From NCBI GenBank assembly GCA_035717805.1, contig DASTIF010000083.1, positions 4,026 through 68,025 of the forward strand: a DNA stretch of 64,000 nucleotides, written 5' to 3'. How positions within the stretch are numbered: the first letter of the stretch is position 1; every line of letters begins with the position of its first letter. The notes beneath the pieces were generated by a model. That model saw nothing but the letters and a program-made list of their open reading frames with translations, made no database searches and had not been told where the DNA came from. Positions 29,649 to 39,680 of the stretch are shown piece after piece. Origin of the DNA: Sphingomicrobium sp. (GTDB taxonomy: Bacteria > Pseudomonadota > Alphaproteobacteria > Sphingomonadales > Sphingomonadaceae). Both the position numbers and the translations under genes were made by a program.

Positions 29649-31286
29649 CTAACGCCTCGCAGTCTGTGCCGCGGCTGCCCGCGCGTCCCTGATTTCGGCA
29701 CGGTCCGCGCTGCCGTCGCGGGTCACTTCCGCAAGTTCCAAGAAGTAGCGCCGTGCCGTGGCATCGTCGCCGGCGAGCCGTGCGGCGCGCGCCGTTCCGT
29801 AGAGCGCTGCGAGCCGCTTCGGCGCCCGCGTCAGCGACGCCTGATATTCGGCGATGGCTTCCGTCGGACGGCCGAGCTCGATCAAGAGCTCGGCGAGTTG
29901 CTCGCGCGCTGGGAGGATGGCGCCGGGAGTGACAGGATGCTTCTCGGTCGAATCGTCGAGCGTGGCGGCATCACGAAGGATTTGCTCCGCGTCGGCTTCG
30001 CGGCCCTCTGCAAGCGCGAGCCATCCCTCGGCAATCCGCCGCTCGATATTCACCTGCCTGCGCCAGTCGTAGGTTCCCGCCGGGACGACCAGTGCCTGCT
30101 CGATCGCCTTGAGCTTTCCAACTTCGTCCCGCGCAGCGGCGCCATCCCCGCTTCGCGACGCACCGACGGCGCGCGCGAAATGGACGTGCGCTTCGCCCCA
30201 TTGATAGTTTTCGAGCGGGGCAAGGTTTCGGACATTGTCCTTGAGACCGAGCGAAGCCGCCTGCTTCCACATCCGCCGTTCCAGAAGCAGGCGTGCGGGA
30301 ATCGCCGTTGCCGCATAGGCAACGGAGAAGACCGGCGGATCGGCGCGCTGAATTGCGTTGAGGTTTGCGAGCACTTGCTCCGCATCGGCATCGCGGCCGG
30401 TCTGAAGATAGCAGTAAGCGAGATAGTCCATGGCGTGCAGCCGTTCGCTCGATGAATCGGCGAGGCCATGCGCCGTGGCATAGTTTCGGGCAGCAGCTTC
30501 GGACGCCAGGTTCGACTTGATCGCCTCGTCCCAAAGTCCCAGCCGGACGAAGATGTGCGAAGGCATGTGCTGAGCATGCGGCGAGTCCGGGGCGAGGCTC
30601 GCGTAGCGCCGCGCGGCCGGAAGCGCGAGGTCGGCGAGCGCCGGATAATCGAAGCTATGGATAAGATAATGCGCTACGCCGGGATGATCGCCGTTGGCCT
30701 GCAGCACTTCGTTGAGGATTGCGCCGGCCCGCCGTTCCTTGGCGAATTCCGGATCATTGTCCATCGTCCCCGCGGCGATCAGCGCGAGAGCGTAAAACAC
30801 CGCTGCCTCGCGATCGTCGGGGTATCGCTTCGATAGTTCTTTCATCGCCGAGGTGTATTCGAGTGTCCGCGTCTTGTGGTCGCGACGCTCGGAGTCGCGA
30901 AAGAAAGTATCGATCGCGGCAACATAGTCTTTCTCGCGCTGGCTACCCGCGCCGATCGCTTGCGCGCGGGCAATTGCCTTGCGCGCCGTATCTACCTCCG
31001 CAGCCGTCGGCGGCGCCCAGAGCGGGTGATAATTACTCATTGCGATGCCCCATTCGGCAATCGCGCACCGCGGATCAGCGGCGGCGGCCTGAGCAAAGAT
31101 TCGCGCCGACTGCTCATATTCGAACGAGTGAAGCCAGCCGAGGCCCTGTTCGAACAGCACGTCCCCCTCCGCGGTACAGGTCGTGTCGAACGTCAGACTT
31201 CCAAGTTTTGGAGCGTGATGGCTGTGTTCGGGTGTGGGCGCAGCGGCTGCAAGAGCGACCGCCGAGGCGAAAAGAAGCGCATTCAT
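29649..31286 (-). CDS. Secreted TPR-repeat protein
   Basis: GGAGG RBS and signal peptide. F.QGL..LHSFEY, HPGVAHYLIH.FD and HAQHMPSHIF motifs. Confidence 0.75.
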   Translation of the reverse strand: MNALLFASAVALAAAAPTPEHSHHAPKLGSLTFDTTCTAEGDVLFEQGLGWLHSFEYEQSARIFAQAAAADPRCAIAEWGIAMSNYHPLWAPPTAAEVDTARKAIARAQAIGAGSQREKDYVAAIDTFFRDSERRDHKTRTLEYTSAMKELSKRYPDDREAAVFYALALIAAGTMDNDPEFAKERRAGAILNEVLQANGDHPGVAHYLIHSFDYPALADLALPAARRYASLAPDSPHAQHMPSHIFVRLGLWDEAIKSNLASEAAARNYATAHGLADSSSERLHAMDYLAYCYLQTGRDADAEQVLANLNAIQRADPPVFSVAYAATAIPARLLLERRMWKQAASLGLKDNVRNLAPLENYQWGEAHVHFARAVGASRSGDGAAARDEVGKLKAIEQALVVPAGTYDWRRQVNIERRIAEGWLALAEGREADAEQILRDAATLDDSTEKHPVTPGAILPAREQLAELLIELGRPTEAIAEYQASLTRAPKRLAALYGTARAARLAGDDATARRYFLELAEVTRDGSADRAEIRDARAAAAQTARR

Positions 31287-31338
31287 TGCGGGCACCTCCG
31301 CCGGCTTCATACCACGCGCGCGATAGCGAAGCACCGGG

Positions 31339-32919
31339 TTACGGCACCAGCACCGTGTCCTTCGCTTCGCTTAGCATATCCGGATAATCGAGCGTGAAGT
31401 GCAACCCGCGGCTTTCGTGGCGGCTGAGCGCCGAGCGGATGATGAGGTCGGCGACCTCGACCAGGTTGCGGAGCTCGATCAGGTCGGGAGTCACCCGGAA
31501 ATGCTTGTAATAATCGGCGACCTCCCGGCGGAGCAGGTCGATCCGGTGCTTGGCGCGCTCGAGCCGCTTTGTGGTTCGGACGATCCCGACATAATTCCAC
31601 ATGAAGCGGCGGATTTCGCCCCAGGTCTGGGCGATCACCACCTCCTCGTCGCTGTCGGTCACCCGGCTTTCGTCCCAGGCGCGCACCGAGGGCGGTTCGG
31701 CGAGCTCGCCCCATCGCCCGGCGATGTCCTTCGCGGCCGCTTCGCCGAAGACCAGGCATTCCAGCAGGCTGTTGGACGCGAGGCGGTTGGCGCCGTGGAG
31801 TCCCGACTGGGTGACCTCGCCCGCCGCGTAAAGGCCCGGCGCGTCGGTGCGGCCGTTGATGTCAACCAGAACCCCGCCGCACGTGTAATGCTGCGCCGGA
31901 ACCACGGGGATCGGCTCCCTGGTCATGTCGATGCCGAGGCGGAGCAGCTTTTCGTGGATGGTCGGGAAGTGGCCGGTCACGAAATTCGCATCGCGGTGGC
32001 TGATGTCGAGCCAGACATAATCGAGTCCGTCGCGCTTGATCTCGCTGTCGATTGCCCGGGCGACAATGTCGCGCGGCGCAAGCTCGGCGCGCTCGTCATA
32101 ATCGGGCATGAACCGGTGCCGCGTTTTGGGATTGAGCAAAAGCCCGCCTTCGCCGCGCACTGCCTCGGTAATCAGGAAATTCTTGACCTCGAGATTGTAG
32201 AGGCAGGTCGGGTGGAATTGCATGAATTCCATGTTCGACACGCGGCATCCCGCCCGCCACGCCATCGCGATCCCGTCGCCGGTCGCCCCGCGCGGCGCGG
32301 TCGAGAAGAGATAGGCGCGCCCGGCGCCGCCGCTCGCAAGGATGGTCGCCCGCGCCGTCAGTGTCTCAACCCGTTTCGTCTTGCGGTTGTATGCGTAGAG
32401 CCCGTGGACCTGGCCGCTGGTCGAGAAGTCGGTCGCATGGCGGCCCGTGACCAGGTCGACCGCGACCATGTCGGGAATAAGGGTGATGTTCGGCTGCTTC
32501 GCGGCCGCCGTCTCGAGCGCCTGCTGAACCGCGCGGCCGGTGGCGTCGGCGACATGGACGATCCGGCGGTGGCTGTGCCCGCCCTCGCGGGTCAAATGAA
32601 GCGCTTCGCCATCGGTCGCGAAAGGGACGCCGAGCTCCATCAGCCGGGCGATCGCCGCCGGAGCCCGGCTGACGACATGCTCGACCACCGCCCGGTCGTT
32701 GAGGCCCGCGCCCGCGATCATCGTGTCGTTGACGTGCGCTTCGAACGTGTCGCCTTCTTCCAGGACGGCGGCGATCCCGCCCTGCGCCCAGTTGGTGGCG
32801 CCTTCCGCGATCGCGCCCTTGGCGATGACCGCCACCTTGCGCGTGGGCGCGAGGTTCAGCGCCGCAGTCAGCCCCGCCGCCCCGGAGCCGACGACAAGGA
32901 CGTCGTACTGCCCGCTCAT
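31339..32919 (-). CDS. nadB: L-aspartate oxidase
   Basis: GSGAAGL, WAQGGIA, EGGHS, QFHPT, ITEAVRGEG, HYTCGG and GLHGANRLASNSLLE motifs. Confidence 0.97.
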   Translation of the reverse strand: MSGQYDVLVVGSGAAGLTAALNLAPTRKVAVIAKGAIAEGATNWAQGGIAAVLEEGDTFEAHVNDTMIAGAGLNDRAVVEHVVSRAPAAIARLMELGVPFATDGEALHLTREGGHSHRRIVHVADATGRAVQQALETAAAKQPNITLIPDMVAVDLVTGRHATDFSTSGQVHGLYAYNRKTKRVETLTARATILASGGAGRAYLFSTAPRGATGDGIAMAWRAGCRVSNMEFMQFHPTCLYNLEVKNFLITEAVRGEGGLLLNPKTRHRFMPDYDERAELAPRDIVARAIDSEIKRDGLDYVWLDISHRDANFVTGHFPTIHEKLLRLGIDMTREPIPVVPAQHYTCGGVLVDINGRTDAPGLYAAGEVTQSGLHGANRLASNSLLECLVFGEAAAKDIAGRWGELAEPPSVRAWDESRVTDSDEEVVIAQTWGEIRRFMWNYVGIVRTTKRLERAKHRIDLLRREVADYYKHFRVTPDLIELRNLVEVADLIIRSALSRHESRGLHFTLDYPDMLSEAKDTVLVP

Positions 32920-33851
32920 CCTTCCGCCACGAGGCTCAGAAACACATCCTCGAGGTCGGGATCGCGGGTCGAAACGTCGACGATTGCGAGGCCCTGGTCG
33001 GCGAGGGCCGCCAGCACCTGGCCGGCGTTCACCCGGTCCTTCCGGTAAGTGATCTCCAAAGTCCGCTCATCGACCAAAGCGATATTCTCGAAGCAGCGAT
33101 TGTCGGGCACTTGCGCGATGTCGCTGTCGAATGTGACCACCACCGCCTTCTCCTGCGCCTTGGCGACCAGCTCGCGGGTCGGCTCGTTGGCGATCACCTG
33201 GCCGTGATTGATGATCGCGATCCGGTCGCAAAGCTCCTCGGCCTCTTCGAGATAGTGGGTCGTCAGGACCACGGTCACGCCCTGCCGGTTGAGCGAGCGC
33301 ACATAGTCCCACAGCTGGCGGCGAAGCTCGACGTCGACTCCCGCGGTGGGCTCGTCGAGGACCAGGATCGGCGGCGAATGGACCATCGCCTTGGCGACCA
33401 GAAGCCGCCGCTTCATGCCGCCCGAGAGGGTTCGCGAATAGGCATTCGCCTTGTCGGTGAGATGCATCGCCGCGAGCAAGGCGTCGCTCTGCCGCCTCTT
33501 CGGTGGAATCCCGTACAACCCGGCCTGTATTTCCAGGGTTTCATGGGGCGTGAAGAAAGGGTCGAAGATGATTTCCTGCGGGACGACCCCGATCGACCGC
33601 TTCGCGTTGCGCGGATGCTCGTCGATGTCGAAGCCCCAGATGACGGCCTTGCCGCCGGTCTTGACCACCAGGCCCGCGAGGATGTTGATCAGAGTCGACT
33701 TGCCGGCTCCGTTTGGGCCGAGAAGACCGAATATCTGCCCGCTCGGCACGACGAAGCTGACATCGTCGAGCGCAAGCTTTCCGCCCGCATAGACCTTGGT
33801 CAGCGATTCAATCCGGATTGCGGGGTCGGAGGCGGCCATTACCTCGCGCAT
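32916..33851 (-). CDS. ABC transporter ATP-binding protein (YadG-like)
   Basis: GPNGAGKS, LSGGMKRR, LDEPTAGVD and TTHYLEEA motifs. Start could be 33839. Confidence 0.92.
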   Translation of the reverse strand: MREVMAASDPAIRIESLTKVYAGGKLALDDVSFVVPSGQIFGLLGPNGAGKSTLINILAGLVVKTGGKAVIWGFDIDEHPRNAKRSIGVVPQEIIFDPFFTPHETLEIQAGLYGIPPKRRQSDALLAAMHLTDKANAYSRTLSGGMKRRLLVAKAMVHSPPILVLDEPTAGVDVELRRQLWDYVRSLNRQGVTVVLTTHYLEEAEELCDRIAIINHGQVIANEPTRELVAKAQEKAVVVTFDSDIAQVPDNRCFENIALVDERTLEITYRKDRVNAGQVLAALADQGLAIVDVSTRDPDLEDVFLSLVAEG

Positions 33852-33886
33852 AGCCGCCGCCTAGCCGTGACGGAAGAAGCGGCTGG

Positions 33887-33939
33887 TAAAGACGGCTTTA
33901 ACCCTAACCGGCAGCGTCGTCTTGAGGTTAACCAGTTAA
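33887..33939 (+). promoter_or_regulatory. CtrA-like TTAA/TTAACC cluster upstream of the first DUF4402 gene
   Basis: TAAA-N7-TTAACC at 33887-33903 and GGTTAACCAGTTAA at 33926-33939. Confidence 0.45.
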
Positions 33940-33951
33940 TCGCTCGCGCCG

Positions 33952-34467
33952 ATGTCCGGCCGTATTTTTCCTTTTACTCTGGCCGCGGCCGCGCTGATCG
34001 CCGGCGCTCCCGAGCCGCTGCTCGCCGTCACTCCGCCGCTCGACGCCAGCGCGAGCGTCGACCTTCTCCAGGCGCTGACCTTGCAGAAGCTGGAGGACAT
34101 GGAGTTCGGCGCCGTGACGGTCACTGCTCCCGGAACCGCGGTGATCGACCCGATCTCGAACAGTATGGCGACCAGCGGGGGAGTGACCGCCGTCTCCGGA
34201 ACGCCGCATGCTGCGCGGTTCCGGGGTGCCGCGTCGGGAAGCGCGGTCGTCATCATCCGGCTTCCGAAAAACCCGGTCGCCTTGACCAGGGTCGGCGGCA
34301 CCGAGACCATCATGCTCTCCGACTTCACCCTCGACGGGCCGAGCAAGCGGGCGATGGCGGGAAGTCCGACGTTCGAATTCCGCGTCGGCGGAATGCTGAC
34401 CATCCCGGCCAACCCGGTCGACGGCGATTATGAAGGCGATTTCACCGTCACCGCCCAATATCCCTGA
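33952..34467 (+). CDS. DUF4402 domain protein (pilin-like)
   Basis: Signal peptide, L.K..DMEFG, F.VGG.L, C-terminal GDYEGDFTVTAQY. Confidence 0.85.
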   Translation: MSGRIFPFTLAAAALIAGAPEPLLAVTPPLDASASVDLLQALTLQKLEDMEFGAVTVTAPGTAVIDPISNSMATSGGVTAVSGTPHAARFRGAASGSAVVIIRLPKNPVALTRVGGTETIMLSDFTLDGPSKRAMAGSPTFEFRVGGMLTIPANPVDGDYEGDFTVTAQYP

Positions 34468-34586
34468 ATCGAAACCAACATTGTTTCGCCGCCAGGTTAA
34501 CCCCGCGGAAACCCTTCCCCTTCAATCGATGGTGACGCGGCGCGTGCATAATCGCGCAAACGCAAATTCCGCGAAGGGGACGTTCG

Positions 34587-35099
34587 GTGCGTATCAAGTC
34601 TCTGGTCCTTGCGGCCGGCATGGCCGCTGCTGCGCTCGGCGCGTCGCCCGCGTCAGCGGTCACTCCGCCGACCCAGGCACAAGGCCATGCGCTGCTGCTG
34701 ATTCCGCTGACACTGACCAAGATCCAGGACCTCGACTTCGGCTCGGTTGTTCCCTCGGCGGTGTCCGGCGCGGTCACGATCAACGCCGCGACCGGCGCCC
34801 GGACCTTCGCCGGCGGAGTGACCGGCGTTCCGAGCGAGGTCGGCAACCGCGCTTATTTCGCCGGCGCCGGTTCGCCCAGCCAGCAGGTGATCCTGGTGCT
34901 GATTCCGCCTGCGCAGCTCACCAGCACCGCGGGCGACACGATTCCGCTCCTCGGCCTCACCATGGATGGTTTCCCGATCCGCACCATCGATCCGACACAC
35001 GCTTTCTACGTTGGCGTCGGCGGGTCGATCCAGGTCGCCGCCAACCAGCCGGAGGGCGATTACAGCGCCGATTTCACGCTGACGGCCGTCTATCAATAA
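34587..35099 (+). CDS. DUF4402 domain protein (pilin-like)
   Basis: Signal peptide, LTKIQDLDFG, VGGSI.V.ANQPEGDYSADFTLTAVY. Confidence 0.85.
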   Translation: MRIKSLVLAAGMAAAALGASPASAVTPPTQAQGHALLLIPLTLTKIQDLDFGSVVPSAVSGAVTINAATGARTFAGGVTGVPSEVGNRAYFAGAGSPSQQVILVLIPPAQLTSTAGDTIPLLGLTMDGFPIRTIDPTHAFYVGVGGSIQVAANQPEGDYSADFTLTAVYQ

Positions 35100-35144
35100 G
35101 CGCCACCTGCCGCTTGTCGCGGCCCGCTGGCGACCTTAAGTGCC

Positions 35145-35351
35145 GTGGCGATGACAGCGCCATTGCCGCCCCCTGAAATCTTCAAGGTGTCGACCGTCCA
35201 GGTCGCCTGCGACGGCTCGGGCGCGGTTTCGCCGGAGCTCGGGCACCCGCGAGTCTATCTTCGGATGGACCCGGCGCTGGGCTGGGTCGAATGCGGTTAT
35301 TGCGACCGGCGCTTCGTTCTTCAGGGGGGACCGGCGGACAGCGCCCCTTGA
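35145..35351 (+). CDS. zf-CHCC zinc-finger protein
   Basis: VACDG...LGHPRVYL...VECGYCDRRF. Confidence 0.9.
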   Translation: MAMTAPLPPPEIFKVSTVQVACDGSGAVSPELGHPRVYLRMDPALGWVECGYCDRRFVLQGGPADSAP

Positions 35352-36760
35352 ACCCGCGGCAATTCCTTTATCGCTCGCTCGACCCGGACGACGCCCGCGC
35401 GCTTGCGGCGCGGCATCTGGGCTCGTGCGACGACGGCGAGCTGTTCCTCGAATATTGCGCGAGCGAGGCGTTCGGATTCGACGACGGGCGGCTGAAGACC
35501 GCGAGCTACGATAGCGCGTCGGGCTTCGGCCTTCGCGGAGTGACCGGCGAGACAACCGCTTTTTCCCACGCCAACGAGATCAGCGCCGAAGCGATCGACC
35601 GGACCGCCGCGACCCTCCGGCTTCTCGATCCCGCCAGGAGCGCGCCTGCCGCGCCTCCGGTAAGGACCAACCAGTCGATGTACGGCGCCGACAACCCGCT
35701 CACCGAAGTGCCGTTCGCCGACAAGGTCGCTTTGTGCCAGCGGATCGACGCCGCCGCTCGCGCCCGCGACCCGCGCGTGGCCCAGGTCGCGGTGTCGCTG
35801 TCGGCGAGCTGGCGGGTCATCGAAATCATCCGTGCCGACGGCTTCGTCGCATCCGACGTGCGCCCTCTGGTCCGCTTCGGAATACAGATCGTCGCGCAGG
35901 AAAACGGGCGGCGCGAGACCGGCCAGTTCGGAATGGGCGGGCGCCATCTCTACGGACCGTTGTTCGAGCCCGCGACCTGGAACCGGGCAATCGACGAGGC
36001 GCTCGGCCAGGCGCTGACCAATCTAGGCTCGGTCGCCGCTCCCGCAGGCGAAATGCCGGTCGTGCTCGGTCCGGGCTGGTGCGGGGTCCTACTGCACGAA
36101 GCTGTCGGTCACGGTCTGGAAGGCGATTTCAACCGCAAGGGCACGTCTGCGTTCAGCGGACGGCGCGGCGAGCGCGTCGGCGCCCCCGGAGTGACGGTGA
36201 TCGACGACGGCGCTATCGAACAGAGGCGCGGTTCGCTCACCATTGACGACGAAGGGACTCCGACCCGGCGCAACGTCCTGATCGAGGACGGAATCCTCAC
36301 AGGCTATCTGCAGGACCGGTTGAACGCGCGGCTGATGGGCATGGAACCCACGGGCAGCGGGCGGCGCGAGAGCTTCGCCCACGCGCCGATGCCGCGAATG
36401 ACCAACACCTTCATGCTCGGCGGCAAGGACGATCCGGCCGAGCTGGTCAGCAGGGTCAGGGACGGCATTTTCGCCAAGAGCTTCGGCGGCGGACAGGTCG
36501 ACATCACCAATGGAAAATTCGTGTTCGGCTGCACCGAGGCCTATCGAATCCGCGACGGCAGGATCGCCGAACCGGTCAAGGGCGCCACGCTGATCGGCGA
36601 CGGGCCGACGGTGCTGACCCGGATCAAGGGCATCGGCAATGACTTCGCGCTCGACGAGGGGATCGGCGTTTGCGGCAAGGGCGGCCAGTCGGTCCCGGCC
36701 GGAGTCGGCCAGCCGACCATGCTGATCGACGGGCTGACGGTTGGCGGAACGGCTGCCTGA
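35348..36760 (+). CDS. tldD: Metalloprotease TldD
   Basis: LLHEAVGHGLEGDFNRKG, DDEGTP, PMPRMTNT and CGK.GQ.VP.GVGQP motifs. TTG start inferred. Confidence 0.96.
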   Translation: MNPRQFLYRSLDPDDARALAARHLGSCDDGELFLEYCASEAFGFDDGRLKTASYDSASGFGLRGVTGETTAFSHANEISAEAIDRTAATLRLLDPARSAPAAPPVRTNQSMYGADNPLTEVPFADKVALCQRIDAAARARDPRVAQVAVSLSASWRVIEIIRADGFVASDVRPLVRFGIQIVAQENGRRETGQFGMGGRHLYGPLFEPATWNRAIDEALGQALTNLGSVAAPAGEMPVVLGPGWCGVLLHEAVGHGLEGDFNRKGTSAFSGRRGERVGAPGVTVIDDGAIEQRRGSLTIDDEGTPTRRNVLIEDGILTGYLQDRLNARLMGMEPTGSGRRESFAHAPMPRMTNTFMLGGKDDPAELVSRVRDGIFAKSFGGGQVDITNGKFVFGCTEAYRIRDGRIAEPVKGATLIGDGPTVLTRIKGIGNDFALDEGIGVCGKGGQSVPAGVGQPTMLIDGLTVGGTAA

Positions 36761-36761
36761 G

Positions 36762-37301
36762 ATGGCGGACGACTGGCGTTCCGACGTCCTCGATTATTGG
36801 TTCGGACTGGACCCCAAATGCTGGTGGCGCGGCCCGCCCGAGCTCGATCGGGAAATCCGCGACCGATTTCATGAGCTGTGGAAGGACAAGCGACGCCTCC
36901 CCGCCGACTGCTTTCTCGACGACCCGCTCACCGCGCTCGCGGCGGTGATCCTGTTCGACCAGTTTCCGCGCAACATGTTCCGCGGCCACGCCGATCAATT
37001 CTCAACCGACCCGCTGGCGCTGGCGATCGCCAGGGCGGCCGTCGACATGAATCTCGACGACAAGCTCGACAAGCGCGAACGGCAGTTCCTCTACATGCCC
37101 TTCCAGCACAGCGAGGACATCGACGACCAGAACCGCGCTGTCCTGCTCTTCACCAAACTCGGCGACGACTATTTGCTCGGCTTCGCAAGGAAGCATCGAG
37201 ACCTGATCGCCCGCTTCGGCCGTTTTCCGCACCGCAACGAAATGCTCGGGCGGGCGCCGCGCGCCGACGAGATCGCCGCCGGCGACGTCGTCCCCTGGTG
37301 A
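36762..37301 (+). CDS. DUF924 family protein
   Basis: DQFPRNMFRG, FLYMPFQHSE and FGRFPHRN motifs. Confidence 0.92.
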   Translation: MADDWRSDVLDYWFGLDPKCWWRGPPELDREIRDRFHELWKDKRRLPADCFLDDPLTALAAVILFDQFPRNMFRGHADQFSTDPLALAIARAAVDMNLDDKLDKRERQFLYMPFQHSEDIDDQNRAVLLFTKLGDDYLLGFARKHRDLIARFGRFPHRNEMLGRAPRADEIAAGDVVPW

Positions 37302-37507
37302 GCGGCCTGGTCGAGGCGGCGCGGTTCAACTGGGCCTATCAGGCCGAACTCTTCCGGCTATTCCTTCTGAGCAACGGCGTCGAGGCAGTGGTCTTCGATA
37401 CGCAAAGCTTCGGCTATTCCGAAGGCGCTCTGGTCGGGGTTCGCGTGATGGTACTCGACGAAGACCTGCCCGATGCCCGAGAGCTTCTCGGCGAGTACCA
37501 GCCCTAG
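37298..37507 (+). CDS. DUF2007-like small protein
   Basis: GTG start overlaps the upstream stop. AEL....L.SNGV.A..FD and VRVMV.DED...AR.LL pattern. Confidence 0.7.
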   Translation: MSGLVEAARFNWAYQAELFRLFLLSNGVEAVVFDTQSFGYSEGALVGVRVMVLDEDLPDARELLGEYQP

Positions 37508-37908
37508 AGTAAGTGCGCGACCGGCGACAGGTCGATGCCGGCGCCGCCAGCGGCCGCTTCCAGCTCTTCGACGCTCGCGCCCTGCCCTCGCCGGGCGACC
37601 GCCCAGGCGAGTGTCGAGCGATTGCCGGACCGGCAGAAGGCGAGCATTTTGCCGTTCGCGGCCTCGATCGCTTCCTGCATGCACTCGACGTCCGACGGAC
37701 CGATTCCGCGATAGATGGGCACGTAGCGATATGAGATCCCCGCTTCCCCCGCCGCGGCTTCTATGTCCGCCGCCAGCGGTTGCGCCTCGTCTTCGCCGTC
37801 GGGGCGGTTGTTGACGATCATCGTGACGCCTTCGTCCTTCAGTGCGGCCACGTCGCCGGGCTGGATCTGGCCGCTGACCAGGGTCTTGTCGTCGAGCCGG
37901 CGGATCAT
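37504..37908 (-). CDS. TIGR01244 family sulfur transferase/phosphatase-like protein
   Basis: VSGQI, NNRPDGE and FCRSGNRS motifs. Confidence 0.9.
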   Translation of the reverse strand: MIRRLDDKTLVSGQIQPGDVAALKDEGVTMIVNNRPDGEDEAQPLAADIEAAAGEAGISYRYVPIYRGIGPSDVECMQEAIEAANGKMLAFCRSGNRSTLAWAVARRGQGASVEELEAAAGGAGIDLSPVAHLL

Positions 37909-39680
37909 GCGCTGGACTCCTCAAATGCCGCGACCGCCGCGAGCATCGCGTCACCATAGCGCTTCAGCTTGGCTTCGCCCACGCCTTCGATCCGCGCGAG
38001 GTCGGAAAGGCTCGACGGTCGCGCCTCCGCAATTCCGCGAAGCGTCGAATCGTGGAAGATGACATAGGCGGGCACGCCGGCCTCGGCGGCAAGCTCCCGG
38101 CGCCTGGCTCGAAGCGCGTCGAACATCGGATCGGCTGGACCTTCCTCCCTTCGCCGGCGCGAGCCACGCTTGCGGGCTGGAGGAACGGCGATGGCGAGCG
38201 TCTCGTCACCCTTGAGGATCGGCTTCGCGCCCGGGCCGAAGCTCAGCCCCCCGTAATCGTCGGCGCGCAAGGCATCGCGGGCCATCAGCGAGCGGGCCAC
38301 GGGGCGAACCAGGGCAAGTTCGTCGGAATCCATGATCCCGAACACCGACAGCTTGTGATGGCCGAACTGGCGGACCTTCTCATTGTCGTCGCCGCCCAGA
38401 ACCGATGCGAGATGGGCGACCCCGAAGCGCATCTCGGTCCGGAAGGCCGCGCTAAGCAGCTTGCGGGCGACCTCGGTGGCGTCGATCGTCCGGGGCGGCT
38501 CCAGACAATTGTCGCAATTGCCGCATCGCTCGGGCGGATCCTCGCCGAAATGTCTAAGCAGGATCGCCCGGCGGCAGCTCGGCGCCTCAACGAACGCGGC
38601 GAGCGCGTTGAGCCGCTCGCGCTCCTGCGGCCGGCGGTCGGGCTCGACCTCGGTTTCGATCCGCCGACGGGCGCGGGAGAAATCTTCCTGTCCCCAGAAC
38701 AGCCAGGCCTCGGCGGGCTCGCCGTCGCGGCCGGCGCGGCCGGTCTCCTGGTAGAAGGCTTCGATCGACTTGGGGATTCCGGCATGGGCCACGAAGCGCA
38801 CGTCGGGCTTGTCGATGCCCATTCCGAAGGCGACGGTCGCGGCCATGACCGTGTCTTCGGACTCGACGAAGGCCGCCTGGTTGCGCTTTCGCACCTGCGG
38901 CTCGAGCCCGGCATGATAAGGCAGCACGCGCCGGGCCGAATCGTCGAGCTGCGCGGCCAGCTTCTCGGTTGCGTTCCGGCTCGGCAGATAGACGATTCCG
39001 GGCCCCGGCTGTGCAGCCATCAGCCGGCCGATCTGCTTGGAAGCGCGCTCGCGATGCACCACGTGGTAACGGATATTGGGCCGGTCGAAGCCTGCGAGGA
39101 TCAGCCCGTCCCGCGAAATTCCCAGCTGCGCGAGGATGTCCGCGCGGGTGCGCTCGTCGGCGGTCGCGGTCAGGGCCAGACGCGGGATGTCGGGATGGGC
39201 ATCGAGAAGCGGAAGCAGCAACCGGTAGTCCGGCCGGAAGTCATGGCCCCATTCGCTCACGCAATGCGCCTCGTCGATCGCGATCAGCGCCAGCCGCATC
39301 CGTTCGATCATCCGGCGAAAGCCCGGAGTCGTGGCCCGCTCGGGAGCAACGTAGAGAAGGTCGAGCTCGCCTTCGCGAAGGCGCTCGATCGTCCGCTCAC
39401 GGTCGCTGTCTGCCGATGTCAGCGATGCCGCGCGGATGCCGAGCGCCTCGGCCGAGCGGATTTGGTCGTGCATCAGCGCAATCAGCGGCGAGATCACCAG
39501 CGCCGTCCCTTCGCGCGACAGGGCCGGCAGCTGATAGCAAAGCGACTTGCCCGCGCCTGTCGGCATCACCGCCAGCGTGTGCTCGCCAGCCATCACCCGG
39601 TCGACGACCCGCAGCTGCACGCCGCGGAACGCATCGAAACCGAACACTTGCTTTAGAATTGCCTTGGGATCGCCCGTCAT
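37905..39680 (-). CDS. recQ: DNA helicase RecQ
   Basis: MPTGAGKSLCYQ, DEAHCVSEWGHDFRP, AFGMGIDKPD, QETGRAGRD, Zn-binding CGNCDNC and HRDC PAYVIFHD. Confidence 0.97.
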   Translation of the reverse strand: MTGDPKAILKQVFGFDAFRGVQLRVVDRVMAGEHTLAVMPTGAGKSLCYQLPALSREGTALVISPLIALMHDQIRSAEALGIRAASLTSADSDRERTIERLREGELDLLYVAPERATTPGFRRMIERMRLALIAIDEAHCVSEWGHDFRPDYRLLLPLLDAHPDIPRLALTATADERTRADILAQLGISRDGLILAGFDRPNIRYHVVHRERASKQIGRLMAAQPGPGIVYLPSRNATEKLAAQLDDSARRVLPYHAGLEPQVRKRNQAAFVESEDTVMAATVAFGMGIDKPDVRFVAHAGIPKSIEAFYQETGRAGRDGEPAEAWLFWGQEDFSRARRRIETEVEPDRRPQERERLNALAAFVEAPSCRRAILLRHFGEDPPERCGNCDNCLEPPRTIDATEVARKLLSAAFRTEMRFGVAHLASVLGGDDNEKVRQFGHHKLSVFGIMDSDELALVRPVARSLMARDALRADDYGGLSFGPGAKPILKGDETLAIAVPPARKRGSRRRREEGPADPMFDALRARRRELAAEAGVPAYVIFHDSTLRGIAEARPSSLSDLARIEGVGEAKLKRYGDAMLAAVAAFEESSA

